A model generated the notes under the pieces. That model saw only the letters and a program-made list of their open reading frames with translations, was not told the DNA's origin and did no database searches. DNA of 64,000 nt from Gemmatimonadota bacterium (GTDB lineage: Bacteria; Gemmatimonadota; Gemmatimonadetes; Gemmatimonadales; GWC2-71-9), in contig JBDHHA010000024.1 of assembly GCA_039589615.1 (NCBI GenBank), forward strand, positions 3,888-67,887, written 5' to 3'. Shown here in pieces: positions 1-10,081 of this stretch (the stretch's first letter is position 1; each line of letters starts with the position of its first letter). The position numbers and the translations under genes were made by a program.

Positions 1-2048
1 GCCTGGGCGAGTCGCTCCAGGGTGTCGACGGCGTGCCCGGCGCTCAAGTCGTCGAGTTGCCGCAGGGGCCCTCCAAGAAACGGAGGATACCCGATGCCGA
101 AGATCGCACCGATGTCGCCGTCCCGCGGGGACCTGACGACGCCTTCTTCCACCGCCCGGGCAGCCTCGTTCAACATCGCGAACACGAGGCGCTTTTCGAT
201 GTCTGCGTCGGGGACGGGACGGGCGTCGACGTTGAATACGTCGTACACCGACTGGTCGACACCCTTTCTCTTGCCCTTCTCATATCGGTAAAACCCGCGG
301 CCGTTCTTTCGGCCCAGGCGATTGTCGTCGATCATCCGCACCAGGCCGTCGATCGGCGTCAGCCTGTCGCCGAAAGCCTCGTGCATCACCAGTGACGCCT
401 TGTGCGCCACGTCCAGACCGACTTCATCCAGCAAGGTGATCGGGCCAACCGGGAAGCCGAAGCGCTTCATGCTGCGGTCGACGTCCTCGATCGGTACACC
501 CTCCTTCACCATCCGCCCGGCTTCGTTCAGGTAGGGCGAAAGTATGCGGTTGACCCAGAAACCCGGGCGGTCGCGTACCACGATCACCGTCTTGCCCATG
601 CGCCGTCCGATGTCCACCGACGTCACCGTGACCCACGGCTCCGTGTGGTCCGTGACGATGACTTCGAGAAGCGGCATCTTCTCAACCGGTGAGAAGAAGT
701 GCATCCCGATCACGCGGCCGGGTTGGCGCGTCGCCGCCGCGATGCGGGCGATCGGAATGGTACTCGTGTTGGACGCCAGCACACAATCGTCGCGCACCTG
801 GCTCTCCAGGTCGCGAAACACCTGGTGCTTCACGTCGATATCCTCGAACACGGCCTCGATGACGAGGTCCGAACGGCCCAGCCCCGACGGATCGGTGCCG
901 CCGGAGACGAGGGCTTCCAGCCGCCGGTACTCGTACTTGGTGAGTCGTCTTCGCTTGAGCCGGTCCTTGAGGATCTTGCGCGCGGCTCGCACACCTTGGT
1001 GCACGCGGTCGAGGTTCGTGTCCCGCAGCCGCAGGTCGACGCCGGCGCGCAGCACGGCGGTCCCGGCGATGCCTGCTCCCATGAAGCCGGCACCCACCAC
1101 GGTCACGTTCTCGACTTGCTTCACGTCGGGGCTCGGTCCCTCGACGCCGGTATCCTTCTTCATCGCCGTCGTGGCGAAGAAGATCTGGACCAGCTTGCGG
1201 GATATCTCACCAACCCCAAGTTCGGCAAAGTGTTTCGCTTCCCGATCCAGCCCGGCGTCGAGCCCGTGCGTGAGCCCGTGCCGGATGGCGTCGAGGGCGG
1301 CGAGAGGAGCCGGGTAGTGCCCACCGGTCTTCTTCCACACCTGCTTCTCCGCCGTGGAGAACACCACACGGCGCCCCAGGGGGTTCTTGTCGAGGAGGAT
1401 CGACGCCAGCCCACCCTTCCGACGCCCTGGCTTCCAGCCGTCCGCGAGCTTCCGCGCCGCTTTCATGGAGGTCTCTTCCAGGATCGCCGGGGGCACCAGC
1501 TCGTTCACGAAGCCGAGGCGATACGCCTTCCGGGCCGGAACGACCTTGCCCGCCAGAATGATGTCCAGCGCCGCCCGCGCACCAATGAGCCGGGGAAGGC
1601 GTTGGCACCCACCGGCGGCGGGGAGAATCCCGAGTTGGACTTCCGGGAGACCCAGCTGTGTCTTGGGATGATTCGTGGCCACCCGGTAGGCGCACGCGAG
1701 GGCCGTTTCCAGCCCGCCGCCCAGACACGCGCCGTGGATGGCGGCCACAACCGGCTTGTCGAGCTGTCCCAACCGATTGACGAGCTGCTGCCCGCCGCGC
1801 ACCAACTGGAGCGCTTGGTCACTCGACTTCAGTTTCACGAATTCGTCGATGTCGGCGCCGGCGATGAAGTTGTCTTGCTTGCCCGACATCAACACGATCG
1901 CCCGAACGTTGGCGTCCCCGCGCAATTGACTGAGGAGCGGGTCCAGCTCGCGACGCACCTCAGCGGTGATCTTGTTGACCGACTCTCCGGGAAGGTCGAA
2001 GATGACGCGGGCAATGCCGTCCTGGGTGTCCGTGGCGAAGATCGTCAT
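1..2048 (-). CDS. Fatty-acid beta-oxidation multifunctional protein (enoyl-CoA hydratase + 3-hydroxyacyl-CoA dehydrogenase, FadB/FadJ-like); 3' end lies outside the window
   Basis: Absent from the ORF track because no stop lies in the window. My own minus-strand translation from ATG 2048-2046 gives MTIFATDTQDGIARVIFDLPGESVNKI... It has the crotonase motif AAIHGACLGGGLE (~1760-1700) and the Rossmann motif VTVVGAGFMGAGIAG (~1106-1062). The frame stays open down to nt 3 (...AGHAVDTLERLAQ). The ATG shares one base with the thiolase stop (TGATG). Confidence 0.85.
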   Translation of the reverse strand, partial: MTIFATDTQDGIARVIFDLPGESVNKITAEVRRELDPLLSQLRGDANVRAIVLMSGKQDNFIAGADIDEFVKLKSSDQALQLVRGGQQLVNRLGQLDKPVVAAIHGACLGGGLETALACAYRVATNHPKTQLGLPEVQLGILPAAGGCQRLPRLIGARAALDIILAGKVVPARKAYRLGFVNELVPPAILEETSMKAARKLADGWKPGRRKGGLASILLDKNPLGRRVVFSTAEKQVWKKTGGHYPAPLAALDAIRHGLTHGLDAGLDREAKHFAELGVGEISRKLVQIFFATTAMKKDTGVEGPSPDVKQVENVTVVGAGFMGAGIAGTAVLRAGVDLRLRDTNLDRVHQGVRAARKILKDRLKRRRLTKYEYRRLEALVSGGTDPSGLGRSDLVIEAVFEDIDVKHQVFRDLESQVRDDCVLASNTSTIPIARIAAATRQPGRVIGMHFFSPVEKMPLLEVIVTDHTEPWVTVTSVDIGRRMGKTVIVVRDRPGFWVNRILSPYLNEAGRMVKEGVPIEDVDRSMKRFGFPVGPITLLDEVGLDVAHKASLVMHEAFGDRLTPIDGLVRMIDDNRLGRKNGRGFYRYEKGKRKGVDQSVYDVFNVDARPVPDADIEKRLVFAMLNEAARAVEEGVVRSPRDGDIGAIFGIGYPPFLGGPLRQLDDLSAGHAVDTLERLAQ

Positions 2049-3340
2049 CAGTTGCGCTCCAGCACCATGGCAAACCCCATGCCACCTTGGGCGCACACGG
2101 AGATCAAGCCGAACTGCACGTCTCGCCTCACCATCTCATTCGCCAACGTCAGCGTAATGCGTCCCCCGGTCGCGCCGAACGGGTGCCCGATGGCGAGGGA
2201 GCCGCCCAGGACGTTCAGCGTGTCGCGATTCACTCGTCCTACGGCCTCCGACCGGCCCAGCCGTTCCTGGGCGAACTTCGTGGACTCGAAGGCCTGAATG
2301 TTCGAGAGTACTTGGGCCGCGAAGGCCTCGTGCATTTCCACCAGCCCCAACTCCCGCCATGTGATCCCGGCACGATCGAGGGCCTTGGGAACAGCATACG
2401 CCGGACCCATCAGCAGCTGATCGCCGGGATCCAGCGCGGCCACGGCGTACGACCGGATGAACGCCAGAGGCGGGTAGCCCAGTGACCGGGCGGTGTCCTC
2501 GCTCATCAGCAGCACGGCGGACGCACCGTCCGTCAGCGGCGAGGAGTTCGCCGCCGTCACGGTGCCATATTTGCGATCGAACGCCGGCCGCAGCTTGGCC
2601 ATCTGCTCCAGGGTGCTGTCCGTCCGGATGCCGTTGTCGGTGGAAATCGGGTCGCCCCGGTCGGGCAACAGCGGGGCAATCTCCGCCGTAATGCGGCCGT
2701 CCTCTGTTCCCGCCGCCGCCATGCGATGGCTCCGCAGGGCGAAACTGTCCTGGTCCTCGCGACTGATCTTATTCTCCTTCGCCATCTTCTCGGCCGACTG
2801 CCCCATCGTCTCCCCGGTCGAGGGCTCGGCGATGGCGGGTGCCACCGGCACGAGGTGCTTGGGCCGGATGCCCGCGATCAGCTTCAGGCGCTGGGACAGG
2901 GTCCTTGCCCTGCTCAACGCGACGAGGGTCTCGCTGAAGGCTTTGGAGTGAAGAATCGGAACGTTGGACAGGCTCTCCGCACCTCCGGCGATGACGACGC
3001 GGGCATAACCGTTTTGAATCTGGTCGGCGCCGTGGGCGATGGCCGAGTTGGCGGATGCACATGCCCGATTGACGGACGCGGCGGGAATGGACGCGGGAAA
3101 CTGTGGCAAGAGACTGACTTCTCTTGCGATGTTGGGCGTCAGAACACTCGGAACCACCTGTCCAAAGAACATCTCGTCGACGAGATCGCCATTGAGGTTC
3201 AGCCGGTGGATGAGCTCGACGGTGGTGCGCCGTGCGAGGTCCACGGCGGGAATGTCCTTGAGCAACGTTCCGGACTTGCAGAACGGGCTCCTGCAACCTC
3301 CCACGACAGCAACCCGTGACCCGGTACGTGAGGAGTTCAT
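2048..3340 (-). CDS. fadA: Acetyl-CoA C-acyltransferase (3-ketoacyl-CoA thiolase)
   Basis: 430-aa ORF with the thiolase fold. It has the active-site region VNRACASANSAI and the C-terminal motifs GGSLAIGHPFGATG and ISVCAQGGMG. It is translationally coupled to the downstream FadB/J-like gene. Confidence 0.9.
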   Translation of the reverse strand: MNSSRTGSRVAVVGGCRSPFCKSGTLLKDIPAVDLARRTTVELIHRLNLNGDLVDEMFFGQVVPSVLTPNIAREVSLLPQFPASIPAASVNRACASANSAIAHGADQIQNGYARVVIAGGAESLSNVPILHSKAFSETLVALSRARTLSQRLKLIAGIRPKHLVPVAPAIAEPSTGETMGQSAEKMAKENKISREDQDSFALRSHRMAAAGTEDGRITAEIAPLLPDRGDPISTDNGIRTDSTLEQMAKLRPAFDRKYGTVTAANSSPLTDGASAVLLMSEDTARSLGYPPLAFIRSYAVAALDPGDQLLMGPAYAVPKALDRAGITWRELGLVEMHEAFAAQVLSNIQAFESTKFAQERLGRSEAVGRVNRDTLNVLGGSLAIGHPFGATGGRITLTLANEMVRRDVQFGLISVCAQGGMGFAMVLERN

Positions 3341-3388
3341 CTTCTTAGAAAGGTAGTGGCCCTTGTGGGCGGCGGGCAGGGAGAGCCA

Positions 3389-3886
3389 TCATACGCGACG
3401 CACGGCGACAACGCTCGCGAACGCGGCGGAGCGCGAATCCAGCGCTTCGATCACCTCTCGGGCAAATAGCACTTCGAACGGCTCGACCAGGACGATGAGC
3501 TCACCACGCTTCAGCAGGTGTTCGGGCGACGTCGGGCCCCATCCGAATTCCAACTGGCCCTCGAGAAAGGTCTCGTAGATAAAGTGACCACCCGGTTTCA
3601 ACGCCTGCTTGAAACACTCCATCCGGCTCCGGTCGAGGTAGTTGAATCCCAACACCACGTCGAAGGCTTTTTCGGGCAGCGAAACGGTGGAGAGATCGGC
3701 CCGCTCCCAGGTAACCGAGACGCCAGAAGCCCCAGCCCTGACGTGTGCCGCCTCCAACCGGTCGGCGTCATCGTCGATTGCGACGACGTCCGCCCCGAGC
3801 GCGGCGGCCGCGATGGCGTGGCGACCCTTGCCACACCCAATGTCGAGCACCTGGACACCCGGCTGAATGAGCCGACGATGCCACAT
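3389..3886 (-). CDS. Class I SAM-dependent methyltransferase (short N-terminus)
   Basis: Motif I VLDIGCGKGRHAI followed by an acidic loop VVAIDDD. An in-frame stop at 3950-3952 and no alternative start upstream fix the ATG at 3886. Confidence 0.7.
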   Translation of the reverse strand: MWHRRLIQPGVQVLDIGCGKGRHAIAAAALGADVVAIDDDADRLEAAHVRAGASGVSVTWERADLSTVSLPEKAFDVVLGFNYLDRSRMECFKQALKPGGHFIYETFLEGQLEFGWGPTSPEHLLKRGELIVLVEPFEVLFAREVIEALDSRSAAFASVVAVRRV

Positions 3887-3980
3887 GAACCAGGTGCTCG
3901 GCCGTTGATCTTGATCCTGAGCTGACGTGCCCGTGGACTCCCCCTTTTCTCAGGCAACCCGTACCGAGAATCTCGCTGCA

Positions 3981-5594
3981 ATGGCGGCGGACCCGGTAGA
4001 CCTGCTGGTCATAGGCGCCGGAATCAACGGCGCCGGTATCGCTCGGGACGCCGCCATGCGGGGCATCCATACTGCCCTGGTCGACAAGGGCGACTTCGGT
4101 GGTGGAACCAGTAGCCGGTCATCCCGACTCATTCACGGCGGACTCCGATACCTCGAAATGGGCCATTTGCGACTGGTCTTCGAGGCCAGCCGGGAGCGGC
4201 GGACCCTTCTGCGAATCGCGCCCCATCTCGTATGGCCCAGGTCCTTCCTCTTCCCGGTCCATGCGGGTGGCCGACTCTCCCGCTGGAAGCTGGCCGCCGG
4301 CCTCACGCTATACGACATCCTCGCACTATTCCGGAATGTGCGAAGGCATCGGATGCTGGGCAAGCAACGAATTCAGCGTGCCGAGCCCCATCTTCGCAGC
4401 CGGGGACTCAAGGGCGGCGGGCGCTACTACGACGCACAATGTGATGACGCGCGGCTCACCCTCGCCAACGTCAGGAGCGCACACGAGCACGGCGCGCTGG
4501 TCGCAAACTACGTCATCGTCGACGACTTCGAGCCGGCCGACGGCCGGGTCCGGCGCGTGCGAGCCACCGACCGTGTCACCAACTCAAGTTACACGATTCG
4601 GGCGAAGGTCGTGGTCAACGCCACGGGACCCTGGTCCGACGAGCTTCGGGCCAAGGACGGGGGGGGAGAGCCCGTGCTCCGCAGAACCAAGGGGGTCCAC
4701 CTGGCGGTGCCCCGGAAACGCCTCGCGAACACCGAGGCCATCGCCATGACCTCCCCCATCGACGGGCGCGTGATGTTCGTGATTCCCTGGGGCGACCTAT
4801 CCTATATCGGCACCACGGACACGGATGACCTCACGGACCCCGATCTCGTTCGCGCCACCTCCGAAGATGTCATCTACCTGCTCCGCTCGGCCAACGCCCT
4901 CTTCCCGGAGGCACGACTCCAGCCGGCGGACATCGTCTCTACCTGGGCGGGGATCCGGCCCATGGTGGCGTGTGAAGGGTCGATCGACCCCAGCGCGGTA
5001 TCCCGGGAGCACCGGGTCCTGGAGAGCGCGTCGGGCGTCGTCTCCGTGGTGGGCGGGAAGCTGACCACCTACCGGGCGGTGGCCGAGGAAACGGTGAACC
5101 TCGTGGCCAAGAGGCTTCACGACGTCGACGGCCGGCGGGTGGTGGGCCGGGCCCCCACCGACACCGTCCCCCTTCCCGGGGGCGCCACCCAGGACCTGAA
5201 CGTGTTGACGGCCGAGATCAGGCGGGAGGGGTTCACTCTCGAAACGGCGGAGCACCTCGTGCGGGCCTACGGAACCGAATCTGCGGCCATCGTGAATTTG
5301 GCCCAGTCGGATCCCGATCTCGCTCGACCGATCGTGGGGGGGCATCCCGCCATCCGGGCCGAGTTGGTCCACGCCACGCGCCGGGAAATGGCCATCACGT
5401 TGTCGGATCTCCTTATCCGACGGATCCACCTCTTCTTCGAGGTGCTGGGCCACGCCGTCCCCGAAGCCCCGGCCGTCGTGGATCTGGTAGCTCAGGAGTT
5501 GGGCTGGGACGGCGGTCGGAAGGCCAGCGAGCTGGCCGCGTATCTCGAGGAGATCCAGGACGCCATGCGGTTCCGGGACGACCTCAGCGTGTAG
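3981..5594 (+). CDS. glpD: FAD-dependent glycerol-3-phosphate dehydrogenase
   Basis: N-terminal dinucleotide fold DLLVIGAGINGAGIARDAAMRG plus GGTSSRSSRLIHGGLRYLE. The track ORF starts at GTG 3927. I prefer ATG 3981 (MAADPVDLLVIGAG) because GlpD proteins begin a few residues before the GxGxxG motif. Confidence 0.85.
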   Translation: MAADPVDLLVIGAGINGAGIARDAAMRGIHTALVDKGDFGGGTSSRSSRLIHGGLRYLEMGHLRLVFEASRERRTLLRIAPHLVWPRSFLFPVHAGGRLSRWKLAAGLTLYDILALFRNVRRHRMLGKQRIQRAEPHLRSRGLKGGGRYYDAQCDDARLTLANVRSAHEHGALVANYVIVDDFEPADGRVRRVRATDRVTNSSYTIRAKVVVNATGPWSDELRAKDGGGEPVLRRTKGVHLAVPRKRLANTEAIAMTSPIDGRVMFVIPWGDLSYIGTTDTDDLTDPDLVRATSEDVIYLLRSANALFPEARLQPADIVSTWAGIRPMVACEGSIDPSAVSREHRVLESASGVVSVVGGKLTTYRAVAEETVNLVAKRLHDVDGRRVVGRAPTDTVPLPGGATQDLNVLTAEIRREGFTLETAEHLVRAYGTESAAIVNLAQSDPDLARPIVGGHPAIRAELVHATRREMAITLSDLLIRRIHLFFEVLGHAVPEAPAVVDLVAQELGWDGGRKASELAAYLEEIQDAMRFRDDLSV

Positions 5595-5859
5595 GTGTAG
5601 ATTTCGGGTCGAGAGCGGAGGCGGTGCCCGAACGTCGCACGAGACCCCAGACGCTCACCAGGGCCCAGATGGCCTCCAGGAGGATGAAGCCCGCACGACG
5701 ATCGTGCACCGCCACGACCGTGAGCAGCGCGGCCCCTATGAGGTTGGCCCAGAGATACGGCCCGGAGTGACTCTTCCACCAACCTCTCTGCAGGCTGAAG
5801 AATGCAAGAAGGATCAGTCCGGCGCCGGCGAGGGATAGCATTTGCACGAGGACGTTCAT
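5584..5859 (-). CDS. Small 3-TM membrane protein (CBU_0592-like)
   Basis: Internal ATG at 5859 (MNVLVQMLSLAGAGLILLAFF...). It has three hydrophobic segments. The upstream part of the track ORF is arginine-rich junk. The 3' end overlaps the glpD stop region. Confidence 0.55.
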   Translation of the reverse strand: MNVLVQMLSLAGAGLILLAFFSLQRGWWKSHSGPYLWANLIGAALLTVVAVHDRRAGFILLEAIWALVSVWGLVRRSGTASALDPKSTPTR

Positions 5860-5963
5860 AGCACCAAGCCCGATGGTCAGAGTGGTTGGCAGAGACTGGT
5901 AATGTCGTTGACGGTCCGGTCGGCGGTAAACCCGCGGCTCGCCCCCGACCTCATCATGCATCT

Positions 5964-6923
5964 GTGAGTCCGGAGGACCGCAGGTCTCGGGTCAAGGACA
6001 GCGCACTGACGTTGGGCTTCGACAGCTGCGGCATCACCGACCTCTCCCCAACGCCCCACGGCGAGGAACTCTCAAGTTGGCTCGAGCGCGGCTTTGCCGG
6101 GACCATGGCATACATGGGACGCCAGGCTCCCAAGCGGCGCGCGCCGGCGGTGATCGTCCCCGGGGCCACGCGTGCCGTGGTGGTCACCCGCAATTACTAC
6201 AACCCCGATCCCTCGCCCGTCGGCGGGCGGGGCGCGGTGGCCAAGTACGCCCGGGGCATTGATTACCATCGGGCCCTCCGAGAGCCTCTGGAGCAGCTTG
6301 CCGCGGACGTAATTCGCCTGGGAGGGCCGGGCACCGTTGCCCGGGGATTCGTCGACGCCGGACCGGTGCCCGAGCGGGAGCTTGCCCAGCGTGCGGGACT
6401 TGGCTGGATCGGAAAGAACACCATGCTCATCGATCCCCGCCGGGGCTCCTTCTTCTTTATAGCGTCCATCTTCACCGACGCCGATCTTGCCGTGGACCCA
6501 CTTTTCGAGTCTGACCGCTGCGGCACGTGCCGGCGGTGTCTCGATGCGTGCCCGACAGACGCCTTTCCCAACGAGCGGGAGTTAGACAGCAGGCGCTGCA
6601 TTTCCTATCTCACCATCGAGTTCCGGGGACAGATCGATCCGCAGCTCGCGTCGCAGATGGGTGGCTGGGTGTTCGGGTGTGATGTTTGCCAGGACGTTTG
6701 CCCCTGGAACCAGAAGTTTGCCGCACAGGCGAGGGATTCCCACCTCGGCCAAGACCCCCTTCTCGGGAGCCTCGATCTGGTGGAGCTGGCGGAGATGTCC
6801 GACGGGGAGTTCGACTCCCGGTACGGGTGGACGGCGATGGAGCGGGCCGGGGCCGCTGGGATGCGTCGCAACGCCGGGATCGCCCTTGGATCGTCCGGGG
6901 AGGGGCCGGAGATCACCACCTGA
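5964..6923 (+). CDS. queG: tRNA epoxyqueuosine(34) reductase
   Basis: Two 4Fe-4S motifs (CGTCRRCLDACP, CDVCQDVCPWN), plus CISYLTIE and GLGWIGKNTMLI. I prefer GTG 5964 over the track start TTG 5886 because codons 5886-5963 have low third-position GC. Confidence 0.85.
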   Translation: MSPEDRRSRVKDSALTLGFDSCGITDLSPTPHGEELSSWLERGFAGTMAYMGRQAPKRRAPAVIVPGATRAVVVTRNYYNPDPSPVGGRGAVAKYARGIDYHRALREPLEQLAADVIRLGGPGTVARGFVDAGPVPERELAQRAGLGWIGKNTMLIDPRRGSFFFIASIFTDADLAVDPLFESDRCGTCRRCLDACPTDAFPNERELDSRRCISYLTIEFRGQIDPQLASQMGGWVFGCDVCQDVCPWNQKFAAQARDSHLGQDPLLGSLDLVELAEMSDGEFDSRYGWTAMERAGAAGMRRNAGIALGSSGEGPEITT

Positions 6924-6947
6924 GGCCCAGCCGGGGGCGTCCGTCGC

Positions 6948-7706
6948 TCAAAGCCCCGTGGGATGATCGATGAATTCCCACGGCGTGCCGAACTTGGCCT
7001 CCACGTGTGCGGCCAGCGCCCTGACGCCAAACGTCTCCGTTGCGTAGTGACCGCCGTAGACCACGTTGATCCCCCACTCCTCGGCATCGAAGTAAGAGTG
7101 GTGTGTTCCCTCGCCCGTCACGAACGTGTCGATTCCCGCACCACGGACCTGGTCGATCATCGACCCGCCGCCCCCGGTGACGACGGCAATCCGGCCTACC
7201 TGTTCGGGGCCCGTTGGAATGATGTGAGGGGCCCTTCCCAAGACTTTCTCGACTCGGTCGACCAGCGCGTCGCGTGATATCGGCAGTGTACCCGCAATGC
7301 CGATTGTCGTCCCGTGGTGGTCTCCAAACGGCTCGCCCCCTACGATCCCGAGTTCCCGAGACAGCACCGCGTTGTTCCCCACCTCGGCGTGGCAGTCCAG
7401 AGGAATGTGGGCGCTGTAAATCGCGATGTCGTGGTCCAGGAGTTTCTTCAATCGGCGCCAATGGCGACCCGTCACGGGTTGGGGGTCTCCCCAGAAGAGT
7501 CCGTGATGGACCAGCAGCAGGTCCGCGCCCGAGGCAGCCGCCGAGTCGATGGTGGACTGGCAGGCGTCCACCGCCGCGGCCAGTCTCGCCACGTTTCCCG
7601 AGTTCTGGACCTGGAGTCCGTTGAGGGCCCCCGGGCCATCCACTACCTGGTCGACCGCCAGGAACCGATCCAAATACGCCGCCAAATCCTCAAGAGAGAC
7701 TGCCAT
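6948..7706 (-). CDS. Nif3-like dinuclear metal centre protein (YbgI/GTP cyclohydrolase 1 type 2 family)
   Basis: LLLVHHGLFWG, HIPLDCH and a C-terminal GHYATE motif. I prefer ATG 7706 (MAVSLEDLAAYL); GTG 7730 is the alternative. Confidence 0.8.
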   Translation of the reverse strand: MAVSLEDLAAYLDRFLAVDQVVDGPGALNGLQVQNSGNVARLAAAVDACQSTIDSAAASGADLLLVHHGLFWGDPQPVTGRHWRRLKKLLDHDIAIYSAHIPLDCHAEVGNNAVLSRELGIVGGEPFGDHHGTTIGIAGTLPISRDALVDRVEKVLGRAPHIIPTGPEQVGRIAVVTGGGGSMIDQVRGAGIDTFVTGEGTHHSYFDAEEWGINVVYGGHYATETFGVRALAAHVEAKFGTPWEFIDHPTGL

Positions 7707-7768
7707 TTTGCCACCAACCTGTGGAGACACTAACGGGACAGCAACGACACATCATAAGGACATTCTAC

Positions 7769-7791
7769 AAAAGGGGCGCCCTTGGGCGCCC
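7769..7791 (-). terminator. Rho-independent terminator after the bactofilin gene
   Basis: On the minus strand: GGGCGCC-CAAG-GGCGCCC followed by CTTTTG. It sits 80 nt downstream of the bactofilin stop. Confidence 0.65.
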
Positions 7792-7870
7792 ACTTCATTT
7801 GATGCTATATCGTTTAAAATCAACCAATTAGAGCCATGTAGCTCACAAAGAGCCCCAACCGGCACATACC

Positions 7871-8398
7871 TCAGTGGTTCGGGGCGCCTTGGCCTACGGG
7901 CGGCTGCCATGCCGGAGCGGTGGCCTCCTCGGATTGGACCGTCGGCTGTTCATCCGGCGTCTCGGTTTGCAGATCGGATTGGTCCGCGCCCGGCGTCCGG
8001 TCCAGGGCCTTGGGGTCCTCCATCCGCAGGTGGCCGTTCACCTCTCCACCCTCCTCGAGGAATATCCGCTTGGTAGTGATGTCCCCGTGGATCTGTGAAC
8101 TCGCCTGAACCTCCACCCGCTCGTCGGCGTATATCGCCCCCCGCACCTCTCCCCCGATGACGGCCTCACGAGTCAGGATGTCGCCATCGACCAGTCCGCC
8201 CTTTGCCACCAGCACTTGGCGTTCCGCGCGCACACTGCCCGTGACCGTCCCCTCGACCTTCACTACACCATTGGTGTCCAGCTTGCCGGTGATGGCCATC
8301 CCGCCGGCCACGACCGAGAGTCCCGGCTCCCGACCCGCCGATTTTTCCTGTGACACTCTACGATCTTCCTTCCTCGCCATTCTGTGAATCCTCTCCAA
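7871..8398 (-). CDS. Bactofilin (polymer-forming cytoskeletal protein, DUF583)
   Basis: Repetitive beta-helix pattern: ITGKLDTNGVVKVEGTVTGSVRAERQVLVAKGGLVDGDILTREAVIGGEVRGAIYADERVEVQASSQIHGDI. The C-terminal tail is Pro/Glu-rich. The start is 8398 or 8380, and both lie inside the end of the upstream M23 gene. Confidence 0.85.
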   Translation of the reverse strand: MERIHRMARKEDRRVSQEKSAGREPGLSVVAGGMAITGKLDTNGVVKVEGTVTGSVRAERQVLVAKGGLVDGDILTREAVIGGEVRGAIYADERVEVQASSQIHGDITTKRIFLEEGGEVNGHLRMEDPKALDRTPGADQSDLQTETPDEQPTVQSEEATAPAWQPPVGQGAPNH

Positions 8399-9200
8399 TC
8401 GTCGTCCGTGGATCGAGCTGAAGGTCGCCCCGTCGCTTTTCGAAATGCAAGTGGGGAGCTGTCGATCTGCCGGTGTTGCCCGATAGGGCGATCACCTGGC
8501 CGGCGTCCACGCTAGCTCCCGCCGACGCCAGAAGCCGTGATGTATGACCATACATGGTCCGGTATCCGTCCGGATGGTCTATCAGGACGAACAAGCCGTA
8601 CTCGGGGTGAAAGCTGGCCTCCGCCACCACGCCACCACCGGCCGCTCGGATCGGCGTTCCCCGGGGAACGGCGATGTCGATCCCGGGATGGGGCTCGAGG
8701 CGATCAGCGTCTTCGGGAGAAAACCCCCGGGTCACGACGCCGTGGACCAACGAGTCGAGGGGCCAAAACAGCGGCAGCGATGGACCCGGCGGGCCAAACG
8801 ACGGCGCGGCTTCCGGCACGCGGGCCGCAATCGCCAACAGCACGGGCAGGCCGTCGGGCCGCTCCACGCGGCGCTCCTCGGGTTCGGCAATGATCTCGGC
8901 GCCCAACACCGTGCGAATCTGGTTGTATCGGTTCTCCAGCTCCTCCAAAGTCGCAGCGAGCTGTTGCACCTGGTTGTTCTCGTCTGTGAGACGCACGATC
9001 TCCGCGTTCAGTCCCGGGACGCGAGCCGCCGTGCGCACGATGGGCGTGTAGAGCACCGCCGCGATGCCCACCAAGACCACGAACACGACGCTCGCCACCG
9101 CCAGCGTTTTGAAGAGCCACGCCGGCATCTTGTACACTTGGCCCTCCGGATCGCCTTCCCAATGAATCGAAACCGTCACGGCTCTGCGGTGCTTGCTCAT
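8358..9200 (-). CDS. M23/LytM family metallopeptidase with N-terminal TM helix and coiled coil
   Basis: HPGIDIAVPRGTPI (HxxxD) and TAPHLHFE (HxH) metal ligands are intact. There is a TM segment LAVASVVFVVLVGIAAVLY and a coiled coil LTDENNQVQQLAATLEELENRYNQ. The start overlaps the parB stop by 4 nt. Confidence 0.85.
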   Translation of the reverse strand: MSKHRRAVTVSIHWEGDPEGQVYKMPAWLFKTLAVASVVFVVLVGIAAVLYTPIVRTAARVPGLNAEIVRLTDENNQVQQLAATLEELENRYNQIRTVLGAEIIAEPEERRVERPDGLPVLLAIAARVPEAAPSFGPPGPSLPLFWPLDSLVHGVVTRGFSPEDADRLEPHPGIDIAVPRGTPIRAAGGGVVAEASFHPEYGLFVLIDHPDGYRTMYGHTSRLLASAGASVDAGQVIALSGNTGRSTAPHLHFEKRRGDLQLDPRTTIGEDSQNGEEGRS

Positions 9201-10081
9201 CCGTCGAACGGCTCGCCAAGTATGAGTTCCAGTATCCGCGCCAAATCGTCGTTGGAGTAAAAGTTGATCGTGACGCGACCGCTACCCTTACCACGCATCG
9301 CGACGAAGACATCGGTTCCGAGTTTCGTGCGCAGCGCATCTTCGACGCGTCTGATCTGAGCGTCTTGCGGAGAATCGTTGCGCGTATAGCGTGGCCTGCG
9401 CTTGCTCGGCTTCTTGCTCCGCGTCAGCGCCTCTGCTTCCCGAACCGACAGTCGATCTGTCACCATGCGCTCAGCCAACGCCGGAACCGTCCGCTGATCG
9501 TTCACCTGAAGCAACGCCCGCGCGTGCCCGGTGGAGAGTTTTCCGCCGTGAACGAGGTCTTGCACGGTTTGCGGCAGCCTAAGTAACCGGAGCGCGTTGG
9601 CCACGGTCGATCGGTCTCTGCCGACGAGTTCGCCGACCTCCCCTTGTGACACGCCAAATTCATCGATCATGCGTTGGTAGCCGCGAGCCTCGTCGATGGG
9701 AGACAGAGCATCCCGCTGGAGGTTTTCCACCAGTGCCAACGTGAGGAGCGTCCGATCGTCGACGTCACGTACCAGCGCGTCGATGGTTTCCCAACCCAAC
9801 GCTTCTGCTGCGCGGCAACGGCGTTCCCCGGCGATCAACTCGAAGCCCATCTCTCCCGCAGGGCGGACGATGATGGGTTGCAGCAACCCCGCTTGATCCA
9901 AGGAGCTCTTGAGCTCGTCGAGGGCTTTCCCATCAAATGCCTGACGAGGCTGATACGGGTTGGGGCGAACAGCGTTGAGGGGCACTTGGGTCAACGAACC
10001 GTCAGCGCGAGCCTCTGCAACTGTTGTCGGTCCGAGGAGCGCTTCGAGCCCGCGACCAAGACGACGGCTTGTTTTTTCCAT
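9197..10081 (-). CDS. parB: Chromosome partitioning protein ParB (Spo0J)
   Basis: ParB box GERRCRAAEALG, the HTH region, and a C-terminal dimerisation segment ending ILELILGEPFDG. Confidence 0.92.
   Translation of the reverse strand: MEKTSRRLGRGLEALLGPTTVAEARADGSLTQVPLNAVRPNPYQPRQAFDGKALDELKSSLDQAGLLQPIIVRPAGEMGFELIAGERRCRAAEALGWETIDALVRDVDDRTLLTLALVENLQRDALSPIDEARGYQRMIDEFGVSQGEVGELVGRDRSTVANALRLLRLPQTVQDLVHGGKLSTGHARALLQVNDQRTVPALAERMVTDRLSVREAEALTRSKKPSKRRPRYTRNDSPQDAQIRRVEDALRTKLGTDVFVAMRGKGSGRVTINFYSNDDLARILELILGEPFDG

Noticed and set aside
699-2297. 532-aa plus-strand ORF, and several others in 22-2485
   Set aside because: It lies antisense to the well-supported FadB/J-like gene and thiolase. 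Its composition is Arg/Gly/Pro/His-rich, typical of out-of-frame or antisense reading in GC-rich DNA, and it has no recognisable motifs.
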